From: Schizochytrium sp. TIO01
Lineage: Eukaryota > Protista > Bigyra: Labyrinthulomycetes
DNA length: 64,000 nt
NCBI GenBank assembly: GCA_004764695.1
Contig: SMSO01000035.1
Span: 3,422,040 to 3,486,039 of the forward strand
Direction: 5' to 3'
Shown here: positions 11,301 to 22,832 of the stretch, piece after piece
Layout of the letters: each line of letters begins with the position of its first letter
How positions within the stretch are numbered: the first letter of the stretch is position 1
Position numbers and translations under genes: made by a program
Notes under the pieces: model-generated
The model's database searches: none
The model's input: only the letters and a program-made list of their open reading frames with translations
What the model was told of the DNA's origin: nothing

Positions 11301-12570
11301 CTTGGCCTTCTGAAGAAAGACCAGTTCTGAGAGCTTCAGGATCTAGGCAGGATCCACGCTCACCGTGGTCGACTCAGGGTGTCGGGCAACCTCAAGGTCG
11401 CCTTCTATCACGCTTTGCTGCAGTCGAGCAAACTCCAACACTCGTTGCACTCTCAGTGTCTGAGGTGCGCCAAATTGGGCGTCAAAATACGAAGTTCAAC
11501 TCGAGCAACGAAAAAGACTCCCAGCGTGGCTATTCTCCTGGCGCTCGCGATCTGCTTTGGCACTGGGCCTATGTGATAGATAAAAGCAAGAAAGTCGTAA
11601 AGATTGCACCAAAGTCAGGTCGCTCGCTAGCTATAGTCGGGCGGGGCTAGCTAGCCCACGGTCTGAAGTGCGCGTTTTCGTTTTCAATTTTCAGTATTTG
11701 CTTCTGCTACGTTCACGGTAAATGGACAAATGGAAAGTTGAAACGAGGAATGGACAATCTGATTCTTTTGCATGGTACTGTGGCCGTGTATTGCTTGGGT
11801 TGAGAATAGCTTTCGCTCGTCTAAATGTTAAATTTTAGAGTGGCCGTTTCTGAGCTCAATAAGAACAGAACGGTCGCAAAGAGTCCTAAAGTAGGAAAGG
11901 ACATTTTAAAAAGTAAGTATGGCCCGGAACAACAAAGGGAAAGTGTTAGTAAAATGTTGAAGAATAGAGCGTGTAAACGTTAGGTACTACTTAGTAGAAA
12001 ATCTGCTCTGTAGTTAGAACGGAAGAACCATGTGAGCATTAGTAATGTTGCTTCGTAGAGACTGTGCCCGTAAGTAGAATATAATTTGTAGTGTTTTTCT
12101 TGTTGTCGGTCTGTAAGTTGAACAGAAGAGTCATTCAATTTAAGTGTTCTGTCCGTAGTGAGTATAGACCGTAAGTAGTATAAAAATTGTTCGATTAGCT
12201 ATGTTCATGGTAGGTCTGTTCCATAAGTAGAGCGTAGTTCGAAAGTAATAGTAAAGCTGTTTCATCAGTGAAGTAATTATTAAGTAAGAATCTTTGTGTG
12301 TGAAGTGAACATATGTAATAGTAAAGTCCTTCTAAGATAAGAGCAAACTGTTAAATATAATTTAAATTAAGAGTAAGTCAATCACATTTAAAGAAGAACA
12401 GTGTCAATAACATTTAGCAAAAAGATAAAGTTAAAATAAAAAGTCTGAGAAGAACAATAGCAATACGATTGATGTTTTTACTTTTAATAGACAGTTATTC
12501 TAAAGATTCTAAAAACACCGGTGGAGCGACCGCGTAAGAAAGTTTCTTTTGGTGCTTGAGTTGGGCTTAG

Positions 12571-12893
12571 CATTTTGACGCCGAGTCTAGCTACAAGTTC
12601 AATTTACCTGGTATTAAAGTACGATATGTTATAACATTTTGATGCCGACTCTAGCTACAAGTTCAATCTACCGGGTATTAAATGCACAATACGTTATAAC
12701 ATTTTGATGCCGACTCTAGCTACAAGTTCAATTTACCTGGTATTAAAAGTACGATACGTTATAACATTTTGATGCCGACTCTAGCTACAAGTTCAATCTA
12801 CCGGGTATTAAATGCACAATACGTTATAACATTTTGATGCCGACTCTAGCTACAAGTTCAATTTACCTGGTATTAAAAGTACGATACGTTATA
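12571..12893. repeat. Tandem array, 5 x 64-65 bp, alternating A-B-A-B-A variants
   Basis: Units start cattttgaYgccgaStctagctacaagttcaat at 12571, 12635, 12700, 12765 and 12830. Tails alternate between ttacctggtattaaa(a)gtacgata and ctaccgggtattaaatgcacaata. Confidence 0.95.
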
Positions 12894-13109
12894 TATCATA
12901 TACTGATTAAGTGTATAAAGTAGGGTGGTTCAGAGTGCTGATATGCTGGGCTTTTAAAAGTTCATACTAAAGCATTTTAATTCATGCTAATGCACTCTAC
13001 TAAAATGTTAATACATAAGTTGGTATTGATATTTACAATGCCAGGGCAGTTCAACAATATTCTTTCAAAAGCAGCTATATTTGAGAACAGAGTAGTGGAG
13101 CGTACTTAA

Positions 13110-14135
13110 TAAAGGAGAGATTTAGTCCCTCTATACAAACTTGTGCTTGTTTTAAATACCCCTTACAAAACTGTGTGGATGCCCTCCAATTTATATTCAC
13201 ACTTTCAAGAACTGTTGTATTTTAAGGATAACTCACGGTTTTGATGTAAACATTTGTTGATATGTTAGTTTATCTTAAAGTTATAGAGTACACTAAGCTG
13301 TTCTTTTTATACTTATAGTTAACAATATTTCACCACTAGCTCCTAGTTTAAAGTAAAATTTAAAAAAGTGCCCCCCCCCCAGGTTTTCCTCTTTCAAAGA
13401 GTTCAGTAATGCACACTTCATATACCGACAGTTAACAGTATCTTACCACTATCTACTAGTGAACGTAAAAAGGTGGGTTCCCTCAAAGACCATCAGTTTA
13501 GGCGGACTAGATAGGAAGACAATGTTAAAAAAAAAAAGATAAAGCTAAGTCACAGTGGGGTGCTCAAACTAGTTTGGAATGAATGAGGTTTCTGTTAGTT
13601 TTTGAGAAAGAAGCCTGAGAAAGGAAGAATGCAAGCCGATGAGCTCTGCGTCAGAACATCAACTCCATGGAGAGCGCTCATAACAAGATCGAAGATGAGA
13701 AAAGTGCAATCCCAGCGCCCAGCTCCATTTTGTAACTTAGACGCCCCTGAAGGTTACAATGACACCTGAATATATATAATATCGTTTTAAAATATTTTTA
13801 ATGTAAAAAAAAATACGTTGTGTGCTTAGAGTTCGAAAGCTCACCACCAACAATCAGAGAACTGATTAGTATTCCCGCGAAGAGTTTACGTGTAAATTTA
13901 GATATCCAAGTTGGGCGCAAGTGAAGGTTCGCAACACCGAAGAGAATGTGCAAATATTTAGCCTTACGAAGGACTGCTGATGGCCACGAACGAATTCAAT
14001 CAAATTGTTTGATGCAAGGGCCTTCGGGAAGGCGTGGTGAGATGACACGAGCCCTCAGAGAATGTAATGAACGAGGGACAATTATTCTCAGGTGCGAAAA
14101 GCCCTCCAAAGCATTTGGACAAAGTGTTCCTGCAA
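13110..14135. repeat. Diverged repeat Y, copy 2 (with a ~0.5-kb insertion relative to copy 1)
   Basis: Colinear blocks shared with 1299-1865. Confidence 0.7.
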
Positions 14136-15452
14136 AACTCTAGCTAGACCTCTTCCACTTTCTCCAATGATCCAATAAATTCTCAACTTCGCTTTAAGTC
14201 ATCCTCTCCGAAAGCAATTTATGACCTGAACGCACTGCTGTTCTTTGTTGTGAGGGAAATGTCCAAGGAAGTTTTTAAAAACCATTCTTATTTAAAATAA
14301 ATTTAGAAACAATTGGGAGCAAAAAAACAACAACAAAAAAGTAAAACAAAAAAATGAAAAGAAAATGAAAAGAAAATGGGGGGCCCGAGGAGAACATCTT
14401 GAAAGTTAGAGTAATGGTCATGACCTCTGCCTTTCTCATCTACACCATTCTCGAGGTTGGTCAACAGAGAAATTGGACATCCATGCATAAGAATTTTGCA
14501 GAGGCATCCGGAAAGCCTCTCAGTACCAACAGACGTGATCTTCAGAAGTTAATGAAAGAACGAACGGTTTAAAGGTACTGCACCAGGGGACAATATCAGC
14601 ATAAACGGCAAGTGCCAGGTCAAAAAGACTTTTTAGAAGCCACGCACGTGGCAGCCCAAACACGAGTTGGGGCAAAATTCTACAAAAGATCTTATCACAT
14701 ATCACCTCTGGTTGCCTGCCTGAGCGATATGCCAGAAGATGCCGACCAGATTCTGAGGACGGCTGACAACTCAGCTGTCGCGCTTGCTGCGACACTAGCC
14801 GGCGCAAATGAGCAATTCCGTCCATTACATAGTACTTAATGAATTGGTCGTAAATAGTGTCATAGGAAATATACCGCAGAACGTTGTCTCATGCACAAAC
14901 ATTTGCCGCGCGTCGACATCCACTCATCCAAACGGCATCGCCTGCGTAGCCATAGCCTTGTCAAGCAGCATTTACTTTCTTTAGAGCCTCCTTTTCGCGA
15001 CGATGGCCCTGCGCCTAGGAATATGTATTGGCCGGTCGTGTTGGTTCTTTTAATCAACACCCGGACAAGGACGGCAAATGCGGCACCTCGCGCCCGCCTT
15101 TAATTAATTGAAAGGAAGGTTTCACCCCCTTGGTGGGAAGTTGAGGGGCTTGAGAGTTCAGAAGGGCCCGCGGATAGCTTGGAGGCATCTATCTCATCAG
15201 AAGGCTCCGGAAGGAAACGGAGCATCAAAATGACATCAACCAACCTTCAGATCTATGGTCCATCACTTGAGCTCTTCGTTTGGTGCATTCATTGCCGTTG
15301 AAATCGTGCTCGCTGCTACACGAACCAAGAAGAAGATGCTTCGATTCTAAATATTCCAACCCTGATGACGTTGTCCAGCACCTTGCCGATAAAATCTGTC
15401 TAAATTTTAGGCACATAAAATTGGAAGTTTTCATGTTCAGGCTTTCGACGCT

Positions 15453-15663
15453 GATATTGCCAATCGTTAAAATCAAGGATTACATATTTATTGAGTGGTA
15501 TCATATTAACTGGTTTCTTTTGATACGATGAGTAAAAGCTTTTAGTATTACTTTACTTGATATTGCCAATCGTAAAATCAAGGATTACATATTTATTGAG
15601 TGGTATCATATTAACTGGTTTCTTTTGATACGATGAGTAAAAGCTTTTAGTATTACTTTACTT
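15453..15663. repeat. Recent tandem duplication, 2 x ~105 bp
   Basis: gatattgccaatcgt(t)aaaatcaaggattac...tagtattactttactt occurs at 15453-15558 and 15559-15663. Confidence 0.93.
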
Positions 15664-16972
15664 AATGTTATGGATGATGTTTCGTGTTTGGCATAGTACA
15701 ACCATGACTCTTTCAATTTGAAGCTGCTGACCTTTTTCCCGGTGGAGGTCCTTGCACGAGGGTCTTGGCGCTTTAGTTTCTTCTTATTCTTAATTCTATG
15801 CTAAAAGAAACACCAATAATTTATTCTTTGTTCTGCTTATAGAATATCCGTACTACTTTTATAGACACGTTCTGTGGAAGAGCTATACACTTAACTTACT
15901 CAATGCTATCATTAGAGCTTGATGATATTGGTTATTGATCTACTGAATGTCCTTATATTAACATGTTTCTTCTTAGATTATATGAAGAAGTTTTTGTTGT
16001 TGCTTTACTTAAAATTATTGATACTGTTTCGTGTTTGGCTGAAACAAACCGCTACCCTTTTGAGATGCCTGACGATAAAGCTGAACTTTTTTTTTTTCAA
16101 TGTAAGGGTTCCTCTTTTGGGAGTCTAGTTTTTCCTTCTTCTTTTTGTAATTAAAGTCTATGTAAAAAAATAAAAAAAAAAAATTAAAAACTAAAAACTA
16201 AAGAAACTAATACTTTAATTCTTTTATCTACTTATTGAACAGTGTTACTATTTTTATTAATCAAAGCTACCACTAGCGCTCTTGAACTTTATAATATTTG
16301 TTTTTGGTCTACCAAATACTATTATATCAACACTTTTCTAAAGTAGATATGAAACTTTATGTTATTGCTTAACTAATGTAAAAAGAAACGCTAAAACTTT
16401 AATAAATTTATCCTACGGATGGATCAGCTCCTGTCTCGAGCACCCCAAGAGTGGCGCTGCCACAAATAGACTACGCTCTACTGATAGAACAACCAACTAC
16501 TGAAAACCGATGACGAGCACTCACAGATTCAAGCCAAGCACCCGACTAACTTTTAATTGAAATACACTGAGCTACACTGGGCGTTCTGAAAATTCAAGTG
16601 CGCACAACAGGGGTTGCCCGACTATCTTTTAATTGAGGTTCACGAAGGTGATGTGAGCGTTGAAAAACAATTTCACTAAGCAATCTGTGCTCTTGTAATA
16701 CAAATTCACTCAGCAATCTGTGCTCCTTGAATTGAAGTTCACGAAGCAACCCGAGCTCTCTTGGTTTAATTCAATTCACTAAGCCATCGCAACCGTTGAA
16801 GGCCTCTCCCTTCTGTTCAAGACAGTCTCGGCTGGCGGCAAACTTGATCGGCGCACGGCATAGCCAAGAGAGGCAAGGCGAGGCAAGGCAAAACATCCTA
16901 AGCAAGGTATCAAGCTGGTTGAGAGGACGCGTTCTTGCTAGCACTCTCTCGGAGTTGTCCTTGTTGGGCAAG

Positions 16973-19225
16973 ATGCCCTTGCCGAGCGAGAAGTCCTTGC
17001 CGGGCGAGAAGTCCTTGCCGGGCGAGAAGTCCTTGTTGGGCAAAATGCCCGGACGGGCTTGGTGGCACGTTCTGGTGAACATCATACTCCTGCTTCTGGT
17101 TGGAGTGTGGGTGAATAAAGCTTACACGCTCCGAGAGGAACTAGACAGTGACTACATCGCCCTTCGCGACAATGCCATGGTCTCTGGGCTCTCCATGACT
17201 GAGGACAACATGCGGCAGACAAAGTCGGCGAGTAGCTCCTTCAGGTCGCCCTCGCAAAGAGAGGTTGTCTCTAAGGAGGCCATGCTACTTCGGAAGGAGT
17301 TGAAGAAGTCCAAAAAGATAAGGCTCCCGACCGTGAAGCGCAGCGAATACAACCTTGCGGATGTCAACGCAACCGCCAAAGTCCCGATTTGGATTATGCC
17401 TTTGAAGCCCTTAATGCGCCGCGAGAAGGGCAAGCCACTTCGCGTCTGGTCTATTTCTGTCTACGATGACAACAACCCACCCCTCAAAGCCATGTTTACG
17501 ACGGCTCAAGTGCTGCTGGACAGAGGCATCATTGACGAGGTTCACTATCACGACTTTGGCTGCAAGTCCGCTGGTCGAGCCCATCAGGCGTTAATGTCAC
17601 ACAGTGCGCTTTCTGGCGAGATCATCGTGGAACAAAGGAATGAAATCAAACCGTCTGCTGTGGGACCCTTAGCAACCCACCGAGCAGCCCAGAGTATGTC
17701 TATATGGCCACGCTACTGCACACCTTCAATGGTCTACGACCTGTATGCGCGCATTGCTGAGAATGACGACGTCATTCTGTTCTCAGAGAGCACTCTTCTG
17801 GAATATCCGACACCAGAGAAGGTGGAGCAACTCCTTCTCACGGCGCAGACACAACATAAAGAGGTTGCATGGTCCGCGAATCTCATCAACAACGCCGTCA
17901 CGTCCTGGATGCACCAGGCCCTTCGCGTGCTGCCTTTCTCCATCGCGAGTTTGGACATCCCCTCCGGTGATGGTTTGAAGTCGGATCTGGACATCAACGG
18001 TGCGCTTGCGTACAAGCTTGCTCTGCACTACGCTCGCAACAAAGAAGCCTATTCATCTATGGATGGGTATGTGTCCGTGCCTACTGGAGTTGGCATGAAT
18101 TTAGACTTCGCTGCGGTTCGCGGCGAGCGCCTCCAGCAGGCGCAAAAGCATATCCTCAACGGCCTTCATCCGGTCGTTGCTCTCACCCAAAAGGTGGCAC
18201 AGGAGCAAGCTGCCGTAGTGAAAGTAGATCTTGGTGTGCTTGCAGTACAGGGTGCTCGCGCCTCGCAGTCGGCATATGGCCGGGATATGGGATCTGTTAT
18301 CAATTTCGGCGCCAAGACTTCTGTGCGGTCCAAGCCTGTGGACCACCCAACTTCGCGTGTCTTCAACCAATCGCGCAGTGAGAACCTCAACATTTGGATG
18401 ATCTTTGCTGGTCGGCGGAGCCGCCTCGAACTGCAAGTCAGCTTCTGGATCGAAGCCATTGAGAAGGGCTTCATCGATGAAGTGCACCTCTGGGACTTTA
18501 CCTGCCTGTTCCCGAACAAACCTGATAGGAAGGAAAACTACGACTACCTGATCGAGCTCTCCGGCACCTACCCCTGGGTCTTTGTTTTTGACACTCCCTG
18601 CAATGGCTGGGCTCCCGCGTACTCCTTCTACCAAATTTGGCTTCGAGAGCAAGACGTTGTTATCAAAGGTGACGACGACATCATCTACGTTCGCGTGGAT
18701 GCTATCCCGGGCTTCACTGCCGCTGTTCGTGAGCACCCCATTCTCGATATTGTCAGCGCGAACGTCATTAACAATGGTGTCTGCGCGTACTTCATGCAAG
18801 CGCACGCCAGATGCAGCACGCCAGAAGAGATTGGCGTGATGGAGTACCCCGAGAACGCTCCACACAACGCGTGGGGCGGCACGCTCTGGGAAAGCAAAGA
18901 GGCTGTCATGAGGGTCCACGAGCACTTTGTGAAAAATCCTACCTGTTACTTTAGCATGCAAGGTCTGCAGAAGTATTCGGAGCGGTTATCTATTAACTTC
19001 CTCGCCTGGAGCGGCGCTAAGGCAGACAGAGTCGCCTGGTACGCCTCCTTCGGCGATGATGAAACTTTTCTTACTCATATGTGGAACACCGTAGACAAGG
19101 GGCAGCAGGCTATCTATAACCCTCTTATCGTCTCGCATGCAACTTTTGGCTCGGACCAGCAGCATGCCTACGACTTCATCTTCAAGCTCTACAAAGATGC
19201 AAAGCTCTCAACTTCACTGCGTTGA
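16973..19225 (+). CDS. Type II membrane GT-A-like protein, paralog B
   Basis: The ORF-track frame opens at 16796 (TTG); the first ATG is at 16973. Highly similar to paralog A, with VIKGDDDIIY and a single copy of the 25-aa stem unit. Confidence 0.7.
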   Translation: MPLPSEKSLPGEKSLPGEKSLLGKMPGRAWWHVLVNIILLLLVGVWVNKAYTLREELDSDYIALRDNAMVSGLSMTEDNMRQTKSASSSFRSPSQREVVSKEAMLLRKELKKSKKIRLPTVKRSEYNLADVNATAKVPIWIMPLKPLMRREKGKPLRVWSISVYDDNNPPLKAMFTTAQVLLDRGIIDEVHYHDFGCKSAGRAHQALMSHSALSGEIIVEQRNEIKPSAVGPLATHRAAQSMSIWPRYCTPSMVYDLYARIAENDDVILFSESTLLEYPTPEKVEQLLLTAQTQHKEVAWSANLINNAVTSWMHQALRVLPFSIASLDIPSGDGLKSDLDINGALAYKLALHYARNKEAYSSMDGYVSVPTGVGMNLDFAAVRGERLQQAQKHILNGLHPVVALTQKVAQEQAAVVKVDLGVLAVQGARASQSAYGRDMGSVINFGAKTSVRSKPVDHPTSRVFNQSRSENLNIWMIFAGRRSRLELQVSFWIEAIEKGFIDEVHLWDFTCLFPNKPDRKENYDYLIELSGTYPWVFVFDTPCNGWAPAYSFYQIWLREQDVVIKGDDDIIYVRVDAIPGFTAAVREHPILDIVSANVINNGVCAYFMQAHARCSTPEEIGVMEYPENAPHNAWGGTLWESKEAVMRVHEHFVKNPTCYFSMQGLQKYSERLSINFLAWSGAKADRVAWYASFGDDETFLTHMWNTVDKGQQAIYNPLIVSHATFGSDQQHAYDFIFKLYKDAKLSTSLR

Positions 19226-20270
19226 CATCTCACGACCACTGACAGATTCGGGTGATAAAACACCACGTACTATCTTCAGGATAATGTCCTTGGTGTATCC
19301 TAGTCTACTCGTACCCTTGATCTGGACAAACTATCGCCCTTGCATGCGCAAATCACAGTAATCTCTTCACTTAACACCGCGCCACTGACCCCTGTTCGCC
19401 CATCCAGCCACACTGTGTGATCTGCCCGAGGCCTTCAGAAGAGAAAGGTGATGAAGATAGATTGCTTCTACATTGCGCATCATGACAGAGGACTCTTCTA
19501 TGAATGTTTTCCACTTATAGGAGAATTGGGTCCTGCTCTTACCATAATCTCAATTTTTCTCTTTCAAACTCATTCGCTGTCTAACTGAGTTAGGCTTGAC
19601 TTTTGAGCCATCATAATGAGGACGTTCAGTCTAAATCGTCGCGATTCATCAAGTTGTACCTGCCTTAGACGAGTACCATTCTTTCAATTGGACCCGCTAA
19701 ATAAGCTTTTAAATTCCCATACATTATCATAACGTTGAGCTAGTTTTATCTTCCTGTGTAATCTGAAGTTCAACTTTTGAGTTCCTGGGGAATACTTTCA
19801 ATGCAAACAACTCCTGGAGCAAGGAATCATTCTAATAAGATCTGCGACTCCATTTAAGATATGGGCCTATATTTGGCATTGCAGCAGACCTCGATGAGTG
19901 AATCCTATTTCGTCGGCTCGTATTATTCCTGACTAAATTCCTGACTCAAAAAAAGGGAGAAATACACGAACCAATATCAAAAGATTGAGAAGACCGCTTG
20001 AGTTTTTCAAGCCTCAATGAGGATCTTGAAGGGAGAGACTAAGGTGAGTGCTCGCGAGGCAAAGCACATGCTCTCAATAGGTACTATTAAATTATGGTTT
20101 ATGTTTATGTTTATGTTTATATAACAAGACAGACAGTTGCAGGAATTAAGAGTCAGAGTGAACCGTATTAGGTGTCATTGCCAATCAGCTGTTTTTGTGC
20201 ACCAACAGCAGCTCAATGCTGCCGTGAATAATAGGAAAGAACAGAAAGTAAGTTGAAGAGTAGTGTCACC

Positions 20271-21884
20271 TCAATTAAGATGATGCTTAGTCGAGGACTC
20301 ACTGGAGAAGAAAATAGCTTTGTTCCACAAATCTTCAACTGTTTCCTCTGAAATTTTGGACAAGTCGTTTGGTTCGGTTGATAAGGTATTTGCCACAGCA
20401 AGAATCCATTTTTTCTCTTCTCCTTTTGAAGGTGTTTGCTGAAGGTACCGATGGGCATGCCTAATACAATAGTTCTCATCAATGTCTTGCGTGCCATCAT
20501 ACTCTGATGAATCAAAATGCTGAGCTCGGACGTACATCAGCCATTCACAGAGGTGATCAACAAGATCCTCATCTATTTCAACATCCTCCCCAAAGTCTCT
20601 TTGTTGAGGAAATTCACACCACCAAAATTTGGTTTCACCTTTTCCACTCATACGCATGAGGAGTGCGCTCCATGCTTCTGAGAGAAATGGGAGGACAACA
20701 AAGTTGTTTCGAGCGGAGAAAATCTCTTTAATCGTGAGGAGATCCTTTGTTGTCAAGAATGACTCGTAATTAGTTTGAAGATCTGCGTGGCGGTCCATTG
20801 CAATTTGATGAGCGACACTAGGGTGTAGAAACTTCACTCCGTTGATTTGTTTGAGATATTCTAGGCTTGCAATCATTTTGCGTGTTTCATTGTCAAACGT
20901 TGCATGGTTGGACCTCTTTCCTCCACCATATATAGAGGCTTTACAATGAGCCCTTCGGGTATCTGAAAAATCATCTTCTGATTCCAAAGATGGAGTTGAG
21001 TGTTTGGAATTTTGATCGAAGCCTGAAAGTATGCTTTTGCTTTCGTCACCATCCTCTGAGTTTTTCTCCGCTTTGTCTTTTAGGGGCGATGCTTCAAAGC
21101 CAATGTCCTCCTCAAAGTCATCTGGAGGTAGGGTTTCACGGTCGTCCTCCTCATTGTCATCGTCATTAGTCTGGAAACCCCTGTTCAATGGCTCTATCTT
21201 GTTCGGAACAAAACTTGTTTTCTCTTGGCCCGAGGAGCTATCTTCTTCTCCCAGATCAGTCTCTTCAGTTTGCGCGAAATCTTGCGTCAAGTCTGCTTCA
21301 TCACCATCCATTGGACTTTGGCAATCTCTCTTACCCGCTTCAGAGCCACAGTCGTCTTCAGCCCCCGTACTAACCTCGATCGAGTCCATATTAATTTCTT
21401 GTTTCTTAGCCTCCGTTGCCTTCTCATTCTTCGGATTGAACATCTCGCGGATGTTCATGTTCTTCGTCGCCGCCCGCTGCTGAACATTCTCCTTTTCCTC
21501 TTTCTTGACTACCTCAATTTTGATATTGCCTGTAGGTTTCACCCAGTCCCGGACAAACGTTTGCAGCTTTATATCCTTCTCTCTTATATTTTTGGGTCGC
21601 TTTGACTTCGTCAACGCCCTTGGCTTCTTCGGCGCCCTTGGCTTCTTTGCCGCCGGAGCCCTCGGCTTCTTTGGAGTCCTTCCGCTCGCAGAGTTACTGC
21701 TTGTGGAGGGAATCGGGCTAACACTGGGGTCTTCGGCAGCGCTCGCCGCCTCTGGCTCGTTGTTTGTCACGCCGACGGGCGCAGGGTCCTCAACATCCTT
21801 TTTGATGTTTTGTTTCTTGAGCTTGAGGTTGAAAGTAAGGAGTGTCTGGTCCGGGCTCGGCTGCGCTCTGCTTCTTTTAGCCAT
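20271..21884 (-). CDS. Low-complexity basic/acidic protein with a degenerate C-terminal Ulp1/C48-like domain (probable pseudo-peptidase)
   Basis: 537 aa with KKPRA repeats (NLS-like). The C-terminus parallels the neighbouring peptidase (FLHPSVAHQI, VVLPFLSEAWSALL, KWILAVA), but the catalytic His and Cys are not visible. Confidence 0.55.
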   Translation of the reverse strand: MAKRSRAQPSPDQTLLTFNLKLKKQNIKKDVEDPAPVGVTNNEPEAASAAEDPSVSPIPSTSSNSASGRTPKKPRAPAAKKPRAPKKPRALTKSKRPKNIREKDIKLQTFVRDWVKPTGNIKIEVVKKEEKENVQQRAATKNMNIREMFNPKNEKATEAKKQEINMDSIEVSTGAEDDCGSEAGKRDCQSPMDGDEADLTQDFAQTEETDLGEEDSSSGQEKTSFVPNKIEPLNRGFQTNDDDNEEDDRETLPPDDFEEDIGFEASPLKDKAEKNSEDGDESKSILSGFDQNSKHSTPSLESEDDFSDTRRAHCKASIYGGGKRSNHATFDNETRKMIASLEYLKQINGVKFLHPSVAHQIAMDRHADLQTNYESFLTTKDLLTIKEIFSARNNFVVLPFLSEAWSALLMRMSGKGETKFWWCEFPQQRDFGEDVEIDEDLVDHLCEWLMYVRAQHFDSSEYDGTQDIDENYCIRHAHRYLQQTPSKGEEKKWILAVANTLSTEPNDLSKISEETVEDLWNKAIFFSSESSTKHHLN

Positions 21885-22832
21885 CGCGGGAGCCAGGCGG
21901 GACTGAGGTGCAGGGTGAGCGAGGAAGGTCTCTTGATCTACGAAGGGAGAGGAGCAAAGTTAATTTCTTCTGCTCGCTCTCGAAATAAAAGCAAACTTTT
22001 CTATTGAAAGTCATGTGTGCTGTGCGCTATTACAAGACCATATCATTTTATATGTGCAATGAATCCATCTGGGCCTCTTTCTCTTTTATGTATGGTAGAC
22101 CCATGTGTAATGTGCAAAATCATACAAGACTTGGTATAGATTGGGGCATATCCTTTTCCCTAAGAGCTGGGTCTAGTTAAAAAGTTAAAAAATGATGAAA
22201 ACAAGAGGCCTAAAGAAGGCTTCGGAATCTCGGCTTTTAGAGTTCGCGATCTACCGCCCCTCACTAGACTGATCTATGAGATATTTAGGAGAGACACGCT
22301 GATCTATGCTCCCCACAATTGAAGAGGTTGAGTTGAATAGTCTTCTCTGCCATCATTTAGGTTTTCCTGTGAAACTAAAAAACCAGAAAATAAAATTTAG
22401 AAGAACCAGCAGGAATATAGTGAGCATATCATGCTAATTCGCAAAACGTATGGACCTGAGGGTCAATAAAATCGATAAATGAGGATTGGGCTCGCAATCT
22501 CCCTCCTGTGGTGTCTCAAACCTAAACTTTGGGACTTGTTCTCAGCACCATACAATTATTATTATTTACTACCTCCATATTTTATTCATAGTACTTCCTG
22601 GTGTCAACGCGTAGACCGTGTGATTGATGTCTCCATCCAGACGCATCGTTGAGGGCTTTTCATGGAATTGAATGATAAATTGAAATTGATGGTCTTAACA
22701 AGTGATTTAATACGGTTATTGCGTTGTATTATATGTTGTGATATGCGATATGCGATATGATGCATTGAAAATATGAGTCAGAACTGAACTTCTTTGCTTG
22801 AGTCAGGAATAGCTTCCTTCGATGTTTGATAT

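Noticed and set aside
11620-11660. Helitron 3' end (palindrome plus CTAG)
   Set aside because: The CTAG is not followed by the expected T, and there is no matching 5' TC end or RepHel remnant.
12571-12893. CRISPR array
   Set aside because: The apparent spacers are two alternating, mutually related sequences rather than unique ones; no cas genes; eukaryotic context.
13556-16447. hAT-like TIR pair (tggggtgctc / gagcacccca)
   Set aside because: Only a 10-bp match, with no target-site duplication and no transposase.
18101-18961. Long antisense ORFs (286 aa here; also 40016-40681 and alternate-frame 34935-35591)
   Set aside because: Shadows of GC-rich real genes; the 286-aa frame is broken in the paralog.
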